Assembly (NCBI GenBank): GCA_965279515.1
Contig: CBDIID010000003.1
Location: 640,001-704,000, forward strand
DNA from: Turneriella sp.
GTDB lineage: Bacteria; Spirochaetota; Leptospiria; Turneriellales; Turneriellaceae
Direction of reading: 5' to 3'
Length of the DNA: 64,000 nt
Under the pieces are notes generated by a model. The model ran no database searches. It was not told the DNA's origin and worked only from the letters and a program-made list of their open reading frames with translations. Each line of letters opens with the position of its first letter. The first letter of the stretch is position 1. Shown in pieces: positions 8,736 through 18,934 of this stretch. Both the position numbers and the translations under genes were made by a program.

Positions 8736-11700
8736 TTAAAGCCACTTAGCCGGATTGAGTATTTTTTTCAACTTTTTCCAGGCTTTCTTGAAATTGTGTC
8801 CATTTAACCAGTTTTTGGCTGCTTTCTCTGTCCATCCAAATCCTTTTTCTATTAATTTTTTCGGATTCCCCAGCTCTGATAAGAGCTTCTTGCCGAAGGC
8901 TTCAAGAAAGTTTTCAGGATGCTCAAACAGCTCTTCAATTTGATTTTTTATCTTTTCAGCGATCAAGTCTACCAGAATCTTCATGAGCGTACTCAGATCG
9001 CGAACTTTGACATTTTGGCTCTCAAGGTGAAGGCTAAAATTAAGTCCCATAAATCCGAACTTGACGTTGGCTGCGATTGATTGTTCATGAGTCGTCTTCA
9101 CTTTAATCGCTATGTCACCCGTCATAGTTGCTTGAATGTGCACCTTGAAGCTATGAATCCCGAAGGGGTTGATTTTGAGTTTAAAATCCAGCCCTGCGGT
9201 AAAATCCGATTTTGTGCTGAAGTCACCGGCTGTACCGAGATTACAATCAAAAAAAAGTTTGGCAAATGGTCCCGTGTCTCCTTCGACATGGAACGATATT
9301 CCGTCTTTTGAAAGTGAGACTTCTTCATTCGCCCGCAGCCCAAATAAAAGGATTTCCCAGGTGCCGTTCATTTTGCCTTTAAGAAAATCAATTGCTAAAT
9401 TTGGCCCTCCGGGTTTAATAAACTCAACTGGCTTTGTTTTTTTTGGATCGGGTTGCGGATAGCAGGTATTTATAGACTCGCCCTGTTCGTTTTGTTTCCG
9501 CGCGTATCCCTTCCCCTTTCCCGAAATCTTAAGTATTTCCGAAAGGTTAATGGGACTTAAGCTAATCTGCGCGTGAATATCGGGATCGGAAAATTCTGCA
9601 CTCCCCTTTATATCGACGAGACCTTTCATTCCAAAAATATCCACGAGGCCGAAGACACATAAACCTGGATTAGCCGCTGTACCATCCGGAAGTGTCTGTA
9701 TCGTCGTAGACAAGTTAAAAAGTACATCTTTGATGCTCAGTGATGAAGGTAATTTTCCTTCTTTGCCTATCAAAATCTTAAAAATATCCTCAAAGCCAAT
9801 CTCTCGTATTGAGAATGCCAGATACTTTGGCACCTCACCGCTTTTGGGGTCCCAGACCACAGCAAAATTTCCGTCTTTTTCGCCGATCGACAAGATCCCC
9901 GAAGCACCCAATCCAAATCCCGTAGCATCTTTTGAAACCAGCAGAGTGGCTGATCTGATGTCAATTGCGCTTAGTCCGGGAATCGATAACGAAGTTTTAC
10001 CGATTGCCGCAGACCCGGTTAATGCTCCCGGGGCTACCGTTACCGTCATTTCGCTGATTGAAATCAAAGATGTAAAAATACTGATCGAGGTTTGCCCCTT
10101 GATTACCAGACTAATGGGAACTGTGGTTAAACCAATCTCAACTTTGACGGAGGCAATTTTTAGCAAAGACACTTCCTTTGACGGCAGATAAATATCAGGC
10201 AATGGTTCAATATTGAACCCCGATGGGGCAGAGAGACCGCCACCGCTCAGGCAAACGCGAAAAATATTCTTGTTGCCGAAAAGATCGGTCAAGGGCGAGA
10301 TCAAAAACTTTGCAATGCTAAAATCGACGACTATCTGTGCGCCCTGCACCGCCTCAACCTGAGGGTTGATGACGACGTCTGATCGCAAATCCAAGAGCGC
10401 GGCCACCGGTGCCGGCGTAGAACAATATAAAAAGGACATCGATTGAGGTTTGATTTTATCTAAGGCCCCCGCTAACAGCCTAAAGTCTGAGAAAACCTCG
10501 GTCAGCTTTGCCAAGGTGAAAAAACCAACGCCCAGCGACCATTCTGCTCCGACTTTTTTTGTGATTTTTCCGTGCAAATTTTCCCCGAAGTCAATTTCGA
10601 CGCTTAATGATTTTTTTTTCACATCGTTTTCAAGTTTGATTGATGAAAGCTCGAGCGCAAAATTTGAAAAAAAATCCGGTGTGGATCCAAGCAGGCCATT
10701 TAGCAGATTTACGAGCGTAAATTTAACGCCGGGTTCTGGCAGCCAGGCCCCTGAAAAATTTTCGATCTTTTCTCCCACATCAGCGCTCAATTCGAATAGC
10801 TGATCGGCCAGGTATAAATGAGAGACGAGACTAATTTTAGGCGTTGCTAAACCGTCCTTGACAACTTTCAATTGCACATTTGCCGTTTCAACCGGCAAGA
10901 GATCAGAATCGAACGGTATGTCCGCATCCGAGAAAAATGTAAAAATTTTGCCGGACGTATTGATGTTCATTTTCAAGCCGCCTAAGGTAATGGATGGTAT
11001 CGGCGGAAGTAAGTTGCCGAAAAATTCACGAAGAACAGCGATAGGTTCGATCTTACCTTCCTGTAAAAACAACTGAAGATCCCAGCTTTTTTTATCTTCC
11101 CCGGGAAATGCGCCCAGATAAAAGCGCAATTCCTTGTAATTAAAACTCCCTGAAAAGCTTGGCTGCAGGCCATTACCGAATGGGTAGGCCTGAATCGTTA
11201 GCGAATTGAGGGAAATTGAACCCTCTATAAACGGTATTCGAAAATCTGTAGCTATCGTTGTCGTAAATCCAAAACTTTTCGTTATGACTTGCCCCTTTAT
11301 CCTGATATCCGTCACCACGGCTTTAGGCAGGTTGTTTTTGGGCATGTCTGGCAATATTTTGGAAAAAATATCAATGACATCAAATTTGACGGATGGCGGC
11401 AGCTGGGCGAAAAACTCTGTTGAAGGTAGGTCAATTCCTATCGAAAACTTTTGATTGGAAAGTTTCGGGATCGTCGCTTCGCCGCGTAATTCAAGAAAAA
11501 AACCTGGCTTAGTAGAAATCGGGTTTGATACCCTTAAGACAAGGTAGCTCTTTTCTATTTTCAAAAACTCTTTGAAGTCAATACTTTTAATGATGTCAAT
11601 TTCCACATCGATGCTCTGCAACTCGAATGTAGCTGCGGTAAATACGAGATTCAAGCCAATCTGTTTCAGGTTAAGGCTGTCCAAAATCAGAAAATCATTG

Positions 11701-12692
11701 GGGATCATCGTTTTCAAGCCGTCATAAATTGTTGGGCCTGACGGCGCGTTGTCTGTAGCAATAGTTTCCAAAAGGCCGACGACATCCTCAATACTAATGC
11801 TTTCTTTCTTGCCAGCAATACACTCCAGTGTCAGAGCAAAGGGGCTGTTCTGGAAAAAATTGCCTGCAAAGATGAGTGTCTTTTTTTCTCCGCGAAAACT
11901 TACATCTTGCTGAAAACTTAATCTCGCTAAGCTTACCGGCCATATTGCTTTTGACTCGTCATTTCCTTCAGGCAAAAATGATAAGAAATGCAGACGAATA
12001 TCTTTACCAGGGAAATATTTAAGATGAAATTTTTCGGGCGACTCCAGAAAAATCTTCGGCATGCGTACGCCAGACTTCAGCGTGCAATCGAAAATCTTGC
12101 CCTCCAGACAGAGCGGCTCTTTACGCTGTGCCGGTAAAAGCAGCCGGAGCGGTTCGGGAGTATTCTCGTCGCTTCGCATGCTACAGCGCATTTTCAAGAT
12201 GGAGGCTGAAAAGTTAGCAGCCTTGCCATCGTCAGGATATCCAAAACCTGTTTGAAAATTGAAACCTTCTTCAGGGTCCGCCAAAGAGTCAAACTCGATC
12301 GTTTCCAAAGAAAAAGTGTTTTCATCGTAAATCGTCCCAATCAAAACCTTGAATGGGTCGCAAAATTTAAAAGGGACGGAATTAGCAGGTAGTGCGGATT
12401 TAAGGGTAAATTTAAATTCGACTTTTGTCTTGATAAGCTTGAACTCCACTTCACACGGGGTTTTTTCGAGCGCAAATAACCCGGATAAGTAAGAGCCAGA
12501 GAATCTTTCACGATTGATCAAATCGCGTTTTAACCGGAAGTGCAGTGAGTTATCGGTGCAGGATTTTTCAAGGAAGCGGCGAGCATTGGCAGAAAAATCG
12601 GGGTTTTTTGCAGAGAGCTCTGAATCAATATTCTCGAGACTTTTGAGAAATGCTTCATAGGCTTGCGGGATCATATTAATTATGCGTGCCAA
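8736..12692 (-). CDS. Very large beta-strand-rich protein (DUF6603-like, tentative)
   Basis: 1318 aa of alternating hydrophobic strands with short helices; cationic amphipathic C-terminus; no signal peptide. Confidence 0.6.
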   Translation of the reverse strand: MARIINMIPQAYEAFLKSLENIDSELSAKNPDFSANARRFLEKSCTDNSLHFRLKRDLINRERFSGSYLSGLFALEKTPCEVEFKLIKTKVEFKFTLKSALPANSVPFKFCDPFKVLIGTIYDENTFSLETIEFDSLADPEEGFNFQTGFGYPDDGKAANFSASILKMRCSMRSDENTPEPLRLLLPAQRKEPLCLEGKIFDCTLKSGVRMPKIFLESPEKFHLKYFPGKDIRLHFLSFLPEGNDESKAIWPVSLARLSFQQDVSFRGEKKTLIFAGNFFQNSPFALTLECIAGKKESISIEDVVGLLETIATDNAPSGPTIYDGLKTMIPNDFLILDSLNLKQIGLNLVFTAATFELQSIDVEIDIIKSIDFKEFLKIEKSYLVLRVSNPISTKPGFFLELRGEATIPKLSNQKFSIGIDLPSTEFFAQLPPSVKFDVIDIFSKILPDMPKNNLPKAVVTDIRIKGQVITKSFGFTTTIATDFRIPFIEGSISLNSLTIQAYPFGNGLQPSFSGSFNYKELRFYLGAFPGEDKKSWDLQLFLQEGKIEPIAVLREFFGNLLPPIPSITLGGLKMNINTSGKIFTFFSDADIPFDSDLLPVETANVQLKVVKDGLATPKISLVSHLYLADQLFELSADVGEKIENFSGAWLPEPGVKFTLVNLLNGLLGSTPDFFSNFALELSSIKLENDVKKKSLSVEIDFGENLHGKITKKVGAEWSLGVGFFTLAKLTEVFSDFRLLAGALDKIKPQSMSFLYCSTPAPVAALLDLRSDVVINPQVEAVQGAQIVVDFSIAKFLISPLTDLFGNKNIFRVCLSGGGLSAPSGFNIEPLPDIYLPSKEVSLLKIASVKVEIGLTTVPISLVIKGQTSISIFTSLISISEMTVTVAPGALTGSAAIGKTSLSIPGLSAIDIRSATLLVSKDATGFGLGASGILSIGEKDGNFAVVWDPKSGEVPKYLAFSIREIGFEDIFKILIGKEGKLPSSLSIKDVLFNLSTTIQTLPDGTAANPGLCVFGLVDIFGMKGLVDIKGSAEFSDPDIHAQISLSPINLSEILKISGKGKGYARKQNEQGESINTCYPQPDPKKTKPVEFIKPGGPNLAIDFLKGKMNGTWEILLFGLRANEEVSLSKDGISFHVEGDTGPFAKLFFDCNLGTAGDFSTKSDFTAGLDFKLKINPFGIHSFKVHIQATMTGDIAIKVKTTHEQSIAANVKFGFMGLNFSLHLESQNVKVRDLSTLMKILVDLIAEKIKNQIEELFEHPENFLEAFGKKLLSELGNPKKLIEKGFGWTEKAAKNWLNGHNFKKAWKKLKKILNPAKWL

Positions 12693-12715
12693 ATATCATA
12701 GATCAACCAGGTGTT

Positions 12716-13978
12716 TCAATTATCTGAATCGGAGATAGTAAACTGAACCGGCAGGTGATCGCTGATGACATACTCATAAGCTGCAGTTTCCAAGCGGTCA
12801 AACTGGCCTGTGCTTTTCACCCATAATTCAAATTCTGTAATCTTCTTTATCCCAAGATCTATTTCGTTTTCAAGACCAACCCATTCCCTAATTTTACCAA
12901 TAAGGCTCATCTCTTTTGACACATAGTATAAGATGCTTTTTAAGTTGGGAATTGTTAACTGACCAAAGTGGAGATGAAAGAGCTGATTTCTCGCTTCTGT
13001 TTCTATTATCCGTTTAATTTGCTCGCAAAGACTTTTGCCTTTTTCTCTTAAGCCAGGATATCGTGGAGGCTGAGCGCGCATTTTCCGCTGACCTTCATCA
13101 ATGTTAGCAAAATCATGAAGTATTTGACTGAGCCCTGCAACTAGCGCGCCACATGCAATTACAACTGCATTTGATATCAAGGCCAAGGATGACGAGACAG
13201 ATAACGATACCGGCCTATGCCATACCTGATCATAAGGTTGAGATTCCGATTCGCCATCGCGAAGTATCCCATCTATGCTTTTCAAAGATGTGCACGCATT
13301 CCCCCCCCCCCCGGCAAGTGGACCACATTGAATGAATTGTCCGGACGATGTCCGAAGGTTTTCCAGTTCACCTTTTTTCGTATTAAAATCACCGCATAAG
13401 ATGATATCTCCAGTTAGGTCAAATTTTGCATCCGATTCAAATATTTCGAGCGTGCGGCTTAAGAATATTTGCCTAAAGTATTTAATTCTCAACTGGGCTG
13501 CGCTCTCTGCGTCTGCTGCCTTTGAAAATGGTGCATGAACGACTAATATTGCAAATGTCTTCTTTCGAAAGCCGAACTCGCCTTTAATGGCCAAAATATT
13601 TCGGATAGAGGGGGCTTCAACGGAGGACCATAATACAAGTGTTTTAAAACCGGTGACTTGGACGTTGCAGTTTTGATACAGATTTCTTCTGATTAGCACA
13701 CCGATGACCTCCCCATTTATTTGTACTGGAGGAGCTGAGTTAAACTCCGGATTCTGGGCAATGATTGCATCAAGCACAGTTTTTGCGTCGGCAATACCCA
13801 GCTCAATGATTATGACCATGTCATAGGGTGACCTATGGCTGCCATGAATATTCAGAGCCCGGCGAATTTCTGAAATCCGATCTTCCAGCGTAATCCCTCT
13901 TCCGGCAGTAATTCCCGGTCGCCTTAAATACTCTGTCAAATTCCTGATGTTCCAAACCAAGACGTTGAGCTTCGCCAT
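12716..13978 (-). CDS. Endonuclease/exonuclease/phosphatase (EEP) family protein
   Basis: Motifs WNI, IIIE, VHAP, CGDFN, YDQVW, SDHLPV. Confidence 0.85.
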   Translation of the reverse strand: MAKLNVLVWNIRNLTEYLRRPGITAGRGITLEDRISEIRRALNIHGSHRSPYDMVIIIELGIADAKTVLDAIIAQNPEFNSAPPVQINGEVIGVLIRRNLYQNCNVQVTGFKTLVLWSSVEAPSIRNILAIKGEFGFRKKTFAILVVHAPFSKAADAESAAQLRIKYFRQIFLSRTLEIFESDAKFDLTGDIILCGDFNTKKGELENLRTSSGQFIQCGPLAGGGGNACTSLKSIDGILRDGESESQPYDQVWHRPVSLSVSSSLALISNAVVIACGALVAGLSQILHDFANIDEGQRKMRAQPPRYPGLREKGKSLCEQIKRIIETEARNQLFHLHFGQLTIPNLKSILYYVSKEMSLIGKIREWVGLENEIDLGIKKITEFELWVKSTGQFDRLETAAYEYVISDHLPVQFTISDSDN

Positions 13979-14021
13979 TGGGCATTCCCAAAGAAAACCC
14001 GCTATCGTCAGCTAAGAAAGT

Positions 14022-14906
14022 CTAAACCCCCTTCAGCCATCGTAAAAAAACATCCCGATGCGTTTTTCCGTCAGTCGCTTCCAAATGAGAATGAGGACCT
14101 GTTGAATTTCCTATAGCCCTGTCTGCAATACTGATAAAAGTTCCGGGCTCGAATATCTGCCCTTTGCCTGCGGCAATTGCGTCACTCACGCGCGTTTGGT
14201 GTGCAATGCGTAGTTGCCCAAGCACGTTACCGGTTTTGTTAAATATTGAAATCAAAAGATAAGAACCAAATCTGCTGCCCGGGGTTTCAATAACAAAATC
14301 ATCGACACGAAACTTAGCATTAGGGCCCCACACTTCGTGCCCGATGTCTGTGCGCCAGGTCTGGTCTGCTCCAGAACCCGGGCGCCCACCATGCGAGGGA
14401 AATTTCGTATAGGCGTCATATGCGGTAAGATTGAGTCTGAAATTGCCTCCGATAATATGCACGTCGGCACTGTTATTATAAACCTTCGTGCCATCGGCCA
14501 GCTCGAAGGCAACTTTGTCGGTCCCTTTAAAATGCAGAGTTCTGATGATTTCGGCCTCGTATGGATTAGTGAAACCTTTGTAAGTGCCAAAAAAATAGCG
14601 TTGCTGCATTCGCTTATTTTCTGCCTGCCCTGCCGAAGTTTTCGCGTTCTCATGCCATTTCTTGTATTCCGCGGCGATTATTTCCATCAGCGCATTTTTC
14701 TCCTCTGTAGAGCCCCCAAGGATTGCAATTGCTTTCTCTGCCGCAGCTCGGTCTTTCAGAAAATAGATAGCTTTAATCTCTTCAGTAAGTTGAGAGAAAT
14801 CTGGTACGCTTAAGCCTGTTCGTGCTTGCTTAGGACTATGATGCGTTTTCCCGGGTGAAGAAACAGATTTTTTCTCTTGGGGTGAACGATGATTTGAACC
14901 AACCAT
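14022..14906 (-). CDS. Putative M23-like metallopeptidase domain protein
   Basis: C-terminal GNSTGPHSHLE (HxH) motif and upstream H...D; low-complexity N-terminus. Confidence 0.55.
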   Translation of the reverse strand: MVGSNHRSPQEKKSVSSPGKTHHSPKQARTGLSVPDFSQLTEEIKAIYFLKDRAAAEKAIAILGGSTEEKNALMEIIAAEYKKWHENAKTSAGQAENKRMQQRYFFGTYKGFTNPYEAEIIRTLHFKGTDKVAFELADGTKVYNNSADVHIIGGNFRLNLTAYDAYTKFPSHGGRPGSGADQTWRTDIGHEVWGPNAKFRVDDFVIETPGSRFGSYLLISIFNKTGNVLGQLRIAHQTRVSDAIAAGKGQIFEPGTFISIADRAIGNSTGPHSHLEATDGKTHRDVFLRWLKGV

Positions 14907-15040
14907 GACAACAGGGTTTTATGGAGATTTTGGCAGGCAAGTATTTATTCGGGCGGTAAAGATTTTCGATTGCCCCGAACCGGAGATCACCTTTTATTCG
15001 CAGGACCACCGCATTTTACCTAAAAAAATCCATCGGAGCA

Positions 15041-15072
15041 ACCCGCCGGTGAACCTGAGTGGCAAATTGAGG
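15041..15072 (+). repeat. Internal copy of the element's left-arm sequence
   Basis: ACCCGCCGGTGAACCTGAGTGGCAAATTGAGG matches 7677-7708 at 31/32 bases. Confidence 0.85.
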
Positions 15073-15143
15073 TGAACCTTCCCTGAAATGCAACTTCGGA
15101 TCATAAATCAGCGCAATGGCCCGACCCTTTTGCCGACATGACT

Positions 15144-17240
15144 CTACCTTTTCGTTAAGACGACAATCGACGGAACGGGTCTGTTATCATTCCCGGTCGA
15201 GTTTGTTCGATTTAGGGGCAAAGGCCCCTTTCGCGGAATGACGATTTGCGAGGATCCGCCGCTGTCGAATAGGATCACGTTCTCTCCACCAACACCGGCA
15301 ATCTTGTCGCGAAACCGCTCTAGAGTCAGGCCGATATTTGTCTTCCAGCCATCACTGACCACGAGGAATATATAACTGCCCCCAAATGCGATTGCCGTTC
15401 GCGCGTCCCCGGAAATATCTTGCGACCAACCGGCATCGACTAGAGCGGCCGAAACATTCTTAAGTAAACCGTTTTCCACGAGTAATGCACCTCCACCAAC
15501 CGCATGGAAAGCCGATGGCAGCTCATCCTCTTTGAAATGCGTCGCAGTAGTTTTTGCCAGGAATACTTCATTGGTGGCTGTCAGAGCAAATACGGGCCGT
15601 TTCGGAATTGTTTTTATGCAGAAGCCCAAATTGTCATACAATTTGCAGGTATTGAACTTAACTGCCCCGTCGATCTTGTGGAAGCCGACTAAATTTGTTT
15701 CCTTCCCTTCTTCCTTCACTGGACCAAACAAGCCGGCATTAATAGCCGCCAGAACGGGAATTCCGTTCGCCTGCAGATTACCAACCCAACTTTTGAGCGA
15801 ATAGCCAATCGCGGCACCGCCACCTACAGTGGCTTGGACATGGGGTTTGAGGCTAATCTCACCATTTAGCAGAGAACTTTTCGCAATAAAGACCCAATGC
15901 ATGGCTAAGCCCACTTCGAATGTGCGGCGGCAGTAAAAAATACCGGAAGCGAGGTTCTCCCCGGTAACACCCAGCCGTTCTTTGCATGGATCGTTTCTCA
16001 GGCTAGGGAGATCGACTATTGCTTCGCCAGGCGATGGATATTTCTCCAGTTCTTGGCGCACTGCGACTACCTCGGGGCGATTGATCGAGGTTTCAGCCGG
16101 CAGATATTTTTTTATTTGGATCTGCGGCATTTTGAAATCAAAAGCAGGAAATTTCATACCGAAGGTGAAGCCTTCTGAATCAGGGTACTGATGCTCGATA
16201 CCCCAATCGACGCGTATATGATTTAGGTCGGAGATATCAATGTTCGACTGCATTCCCCACTGCTTCTGGATAAATCCCTCCACTGTAAGCTCCACCCATT
16301 CTCTTGCCAAGGTAGGTATTTGTCCGACGAGCCAGAACACGCGATCAGCCAGGAAACCGGCGACTGAGCCGATGACTCCAATGAGATCTGCAACGAAGCC
16401 GCCAAAGTTAGCATTGACCCGCAGGTTTGTTTCAGCCATTGGTCTAGTTGCCGCAGTTAAGAAGCCTGCATCAGGATAGCATCTGTAACCCAGGAATTTC
16501 ACACAGTATCGATCTGCGTAGTACTCGATCACTGCGCCGCCGTCGGCGTATTTCTCATACATGGCCTGCCCCGTATCTGTATTTATGCCGTAAGTAAGGC
16601 CAGCGAGGTATTTGCCCTTCGGAGCACCGGAGAAATAAACCTCCGCACCTTCTTGAAAGAGGAGTTGCTGTAAACTCACCGTAGAGTTTTGATCGCCCAG
16701 AGCATGCGCAATCATTGTGGCTCGCGCAACGTAGTATGCGAAGCCCGGACCGTTTTTTTCTATGACTTCGGCTGCCATGTTGTCTCTTTTGATTTCAATG
16801 TGGTTTCGTTGCGGCAAAATATGGAATGCTAGCGCACGCGTGCCGCTCTTACCAATAATCGTATCCGTGACGAGGAGTGAACCATCCGGCAGCGGCGAAG
16901 TAGTGGCATATACCGGAGTAACTGCCGCGGAATTGTATTCGGGTGTCACCTTCAGGAGAAACTCCTTATGGTTATTGCCACCGCAATCGACGTCGATCTT
17001 AACCACGCTGCTGATGCCCGGTGATAAATTGCCAATCGTCAGGTAATTGCCATACCTCTTCCCAGACCGCTCGCTCCGTACATCGCAGCCCTCGGCGCCC
17101 TCTAATCGGATGTTTGCCGAAGTTCCGCGCGCCCAAGCCAGATTGACCCCAACGCGATCAATAGGATTCTCGGTATGCGCACAATGCGGAAAGTAGACAA
17201 AAATCGGTATTAGCAGCAAAGTTTTTAATGAATATTTCAT
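15144..17240 (-). CDS. Exported or lipoprotein with C-terminal phosphodiester glycosidase (NAGPA/DUF2233) domain
   Basis: INAGLF, ARTAIA, LFDSGGSSQ and RPVP motifs; signal peptide ending in Cys. Confidence 0.75.
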   Translation of the reverse strand: MKYSLKTLLLIPIFVYFPHCAHTENPIDRVGVNLAWARGTSANIRLEGAEGCDVRSERSGKRYGNYLTIGNLSPGISSVVKIDVDCGGNNHKEFLLKVTPEYNSAAVTPVYATTSPLPDGSLLVTDTIIGKSGTRALAFHILPQRNHIEIKRDNMAAEVIEKNGPGFAYYVARATMIAHALGDQNSTVSLQQLLFQEGAEVYFSGAPKGKYLAGLTYGINTDTGQAMYEKYADGGAVIEYYADRYCVKFLGYRCYPDAGFLTAATRPMAETNLRVNANFGGFVADLIGVIGSVAGFLADRVFWLVGQIPTLAREWVELTVEGFIQKQWGMQSNIDISDLNHIRVDWGIEHQYPDSEGFTFGMKFPAFDFKMPQIQIKKYLPAETSINRPEVVAVRQELEKYPSPGEAIVDLPSLRNDPCKERLGVTGENLASGIFYCRRTFEVGLAMHWVFIAKSSLLNGEISLKPHVQATVGGGAAIGYSLKSWVGNLQANGIPVLAAINAGLFGPVKEEGKETNLVGFHKIDGAVKFNTCKLYDNLGFCIKTIPKRPVFALTATNEVFLAKTTATHFKEDELPSAFHAVGGGALLVENGLLKNVSAALVDAGWSQDISGDARTAIAFGGSYIFLVVSDGWKTNIGLTLERFRDKIAGVGGENVILFDSGGSSQIVIPRKGPLPLNRTNSTGNDNRPVPSIVVLTKR

Positions 17241-17252
17241 GGTTTTCTCCTT

Positions 17253-18686
17253 TTATTTCTCGGTTGTGCGCTGGGCCGTAACCGCAAATCGCACAACCGT
17301 CGTATAAGTGATATTTGCATAAACCCCTTCGTCAAAAGAACAATCGTATGGGACCGGCAAAGGCACAGGTGGCCACCAACCTGCCCATACCCACATAATA
17401 CAGGTAGCGCTCACGCGGCGATAGCCGACGAGTTCATTCTTCGTTTCGGTTTTTGAGCCCTCCGCCGCTATAAGCGTTACCTCGGAGATGGTATCATCCG
17501 CAACGAAAGTATCTCCCGCGGCTATGGTTAAACCGTTTGCTACCATCGACGCACCGGAATTATTCGGCGCGTATGAAATAACTTGGTTGTTTCTGAGCCG
17601 CCCCACAAAGCATGCCGGGGAGACGATAGACCCTGCCTCTATCGCCACAGCCAAATTCTTGTTGTTCTGGTTCACGGCTAAATCTGTACCATACGCTTGC
17701 TGGTTGAGCAGGTAGGTTTTGTCCAGATAGACACGAGATGCGTACCGCGTGTCCATAACGCGAAATCTCGTGGAAAAGATCTGTGCGTTTGCGTAGTCTT
17801 GATTTTCTACTTGCGAAATTCTGGCGGCGTCACTATATATTGTGCTCGGGTATGAAAACGTAGTCCCTGTCGGAGCATCGTCGATAAATACCTCGGCGCT
17901 TCGTTCGCCGGCAACTGTAATCGTATTCTGCACTCCGAATCCGTGTAGGCGAATAAAGCTTTCGAAAGGATCCATATTGTTGATGGCCACGGCTCCCAGC
18001 CTGAATACGCCGCTTTCGGAGAAAGGACCCTGATCGCCGTCGGCGAACACAGCGCGCACCCGAACAAAGTAGATATATTCGGGTGAACCAGAGAAGGTAA
18101 GCAACGGCGTTACCGTATGTTCGCTCACCTCGTTATTACCCGTGTTAAAGAGTGGATTATCACGGCGAACTTCAATGTAGTATTTAACCGCACCATAAAC
18201 AGCACGCCAGGTGATTTTTGCTGGAACATTTAAAGATTGGGCTTCTATCGCAGGGTCAGGAGCAATAAAGATTGGACGCTCCGCTTTGTCGATAATGGGG
18301 GTCGTTTCCAGAGGGATAAGATTGTAAGCGGAATCCAAATAGTTGGAAACGACGCTGCCTGACTCAAGCACTAAGCCTGAAACTGTTAAACTGGTTTGAA
18401 CGCCGGTACCGAAACCGAAGTTCAGTAGCGCACAACCTTCCGCATTCACGCTGATTTGAGCGGGGCGCCCCTGCAGAGAACTTTCCGCCAGCGCGGTCAC
18501 GGTTTTTATCCGCTGGTTCGCGCAGGCCTTGACAATGATCTCTTTGCTCAAATCGAACCTAGAGCCTGAGGGTGGTTCTATCTGAGTCAACCCATGCTTA
18601 CTAACAGTCAGATCAATCCCACCACGGCAAGCCGCGAAGGAAAATACGGCAAAAAAAGCAAAATATCGCCGAAGGGTAAAACGCAT
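17253..18686 (-). CDS. Lipoprotein with FN3-like domain
   Basis: Likely start ATG 18686 after a G-rich RBS; lipobox FAAC; ITW...Y.IEV...YFVRVRA...GPFS. Confidence 0.65.
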   Translation of the reverse strand: MRFTLRRYFAFFAVFSFAACRGGIDLTVSKHGLTQIEPPSGSRFDLSKEIIVKACANQRIKTVTALAESSLQGRPAQISVNAEGCALLNFGFGTGVQTSLTVSGLVLESGSVVSNYLDSAYNLIPLETTPIIDKAERPIFIAPDPAIEAQSLNVPAKITWRAVYGAVKYYIEVRRDNPLFNTGNNEVSEHTVTPLLTFSGSPEYIYFVRVRAVFADGDQGPFSESGVFRLGAVAINNMDPFESFIRLHGFGVQNTITVAGERSAEVFIDDAPTGTTFSYPSTIYSDAARISQVENQDYANAQIFSTRFRVMDTRYASRVYLDKTYLLNQQAYGTDLAVNQNNKNLAVAIEAGSIVSPACFVGRLRNNQVISYAPNNSGASMVANGLTIAAGDTFVADDTISEVTLIAAEGSKTETKNELVGYRRVSATCIMWVWAGWWPPVPLPVPYDCSFDEGVYANITYTTVVRFAVTAQRTTEK

Positions 18687-18934
18687 AGGGCCCCCCTTTA
18701 AGGTGATCAAGGGCCATTCGCTGGTTGCTTCGGCCACACCAGCCCCAACGATGCAAAAAACAATATTGTGACAAAAAAAGGGAAAATGTTTCCTAAGAAA
18801 TTGTATAAGAGACATAGCAATCCTCCCAAGACAATTCTAGATTACGTTGATTGAAGGGCCAATTCAGGGCCGTCAATATTTTTATCGCAGAAAGACTGTA
18901 GTTTGCCGGCATATTACTGCAATTTTGAATTTTC

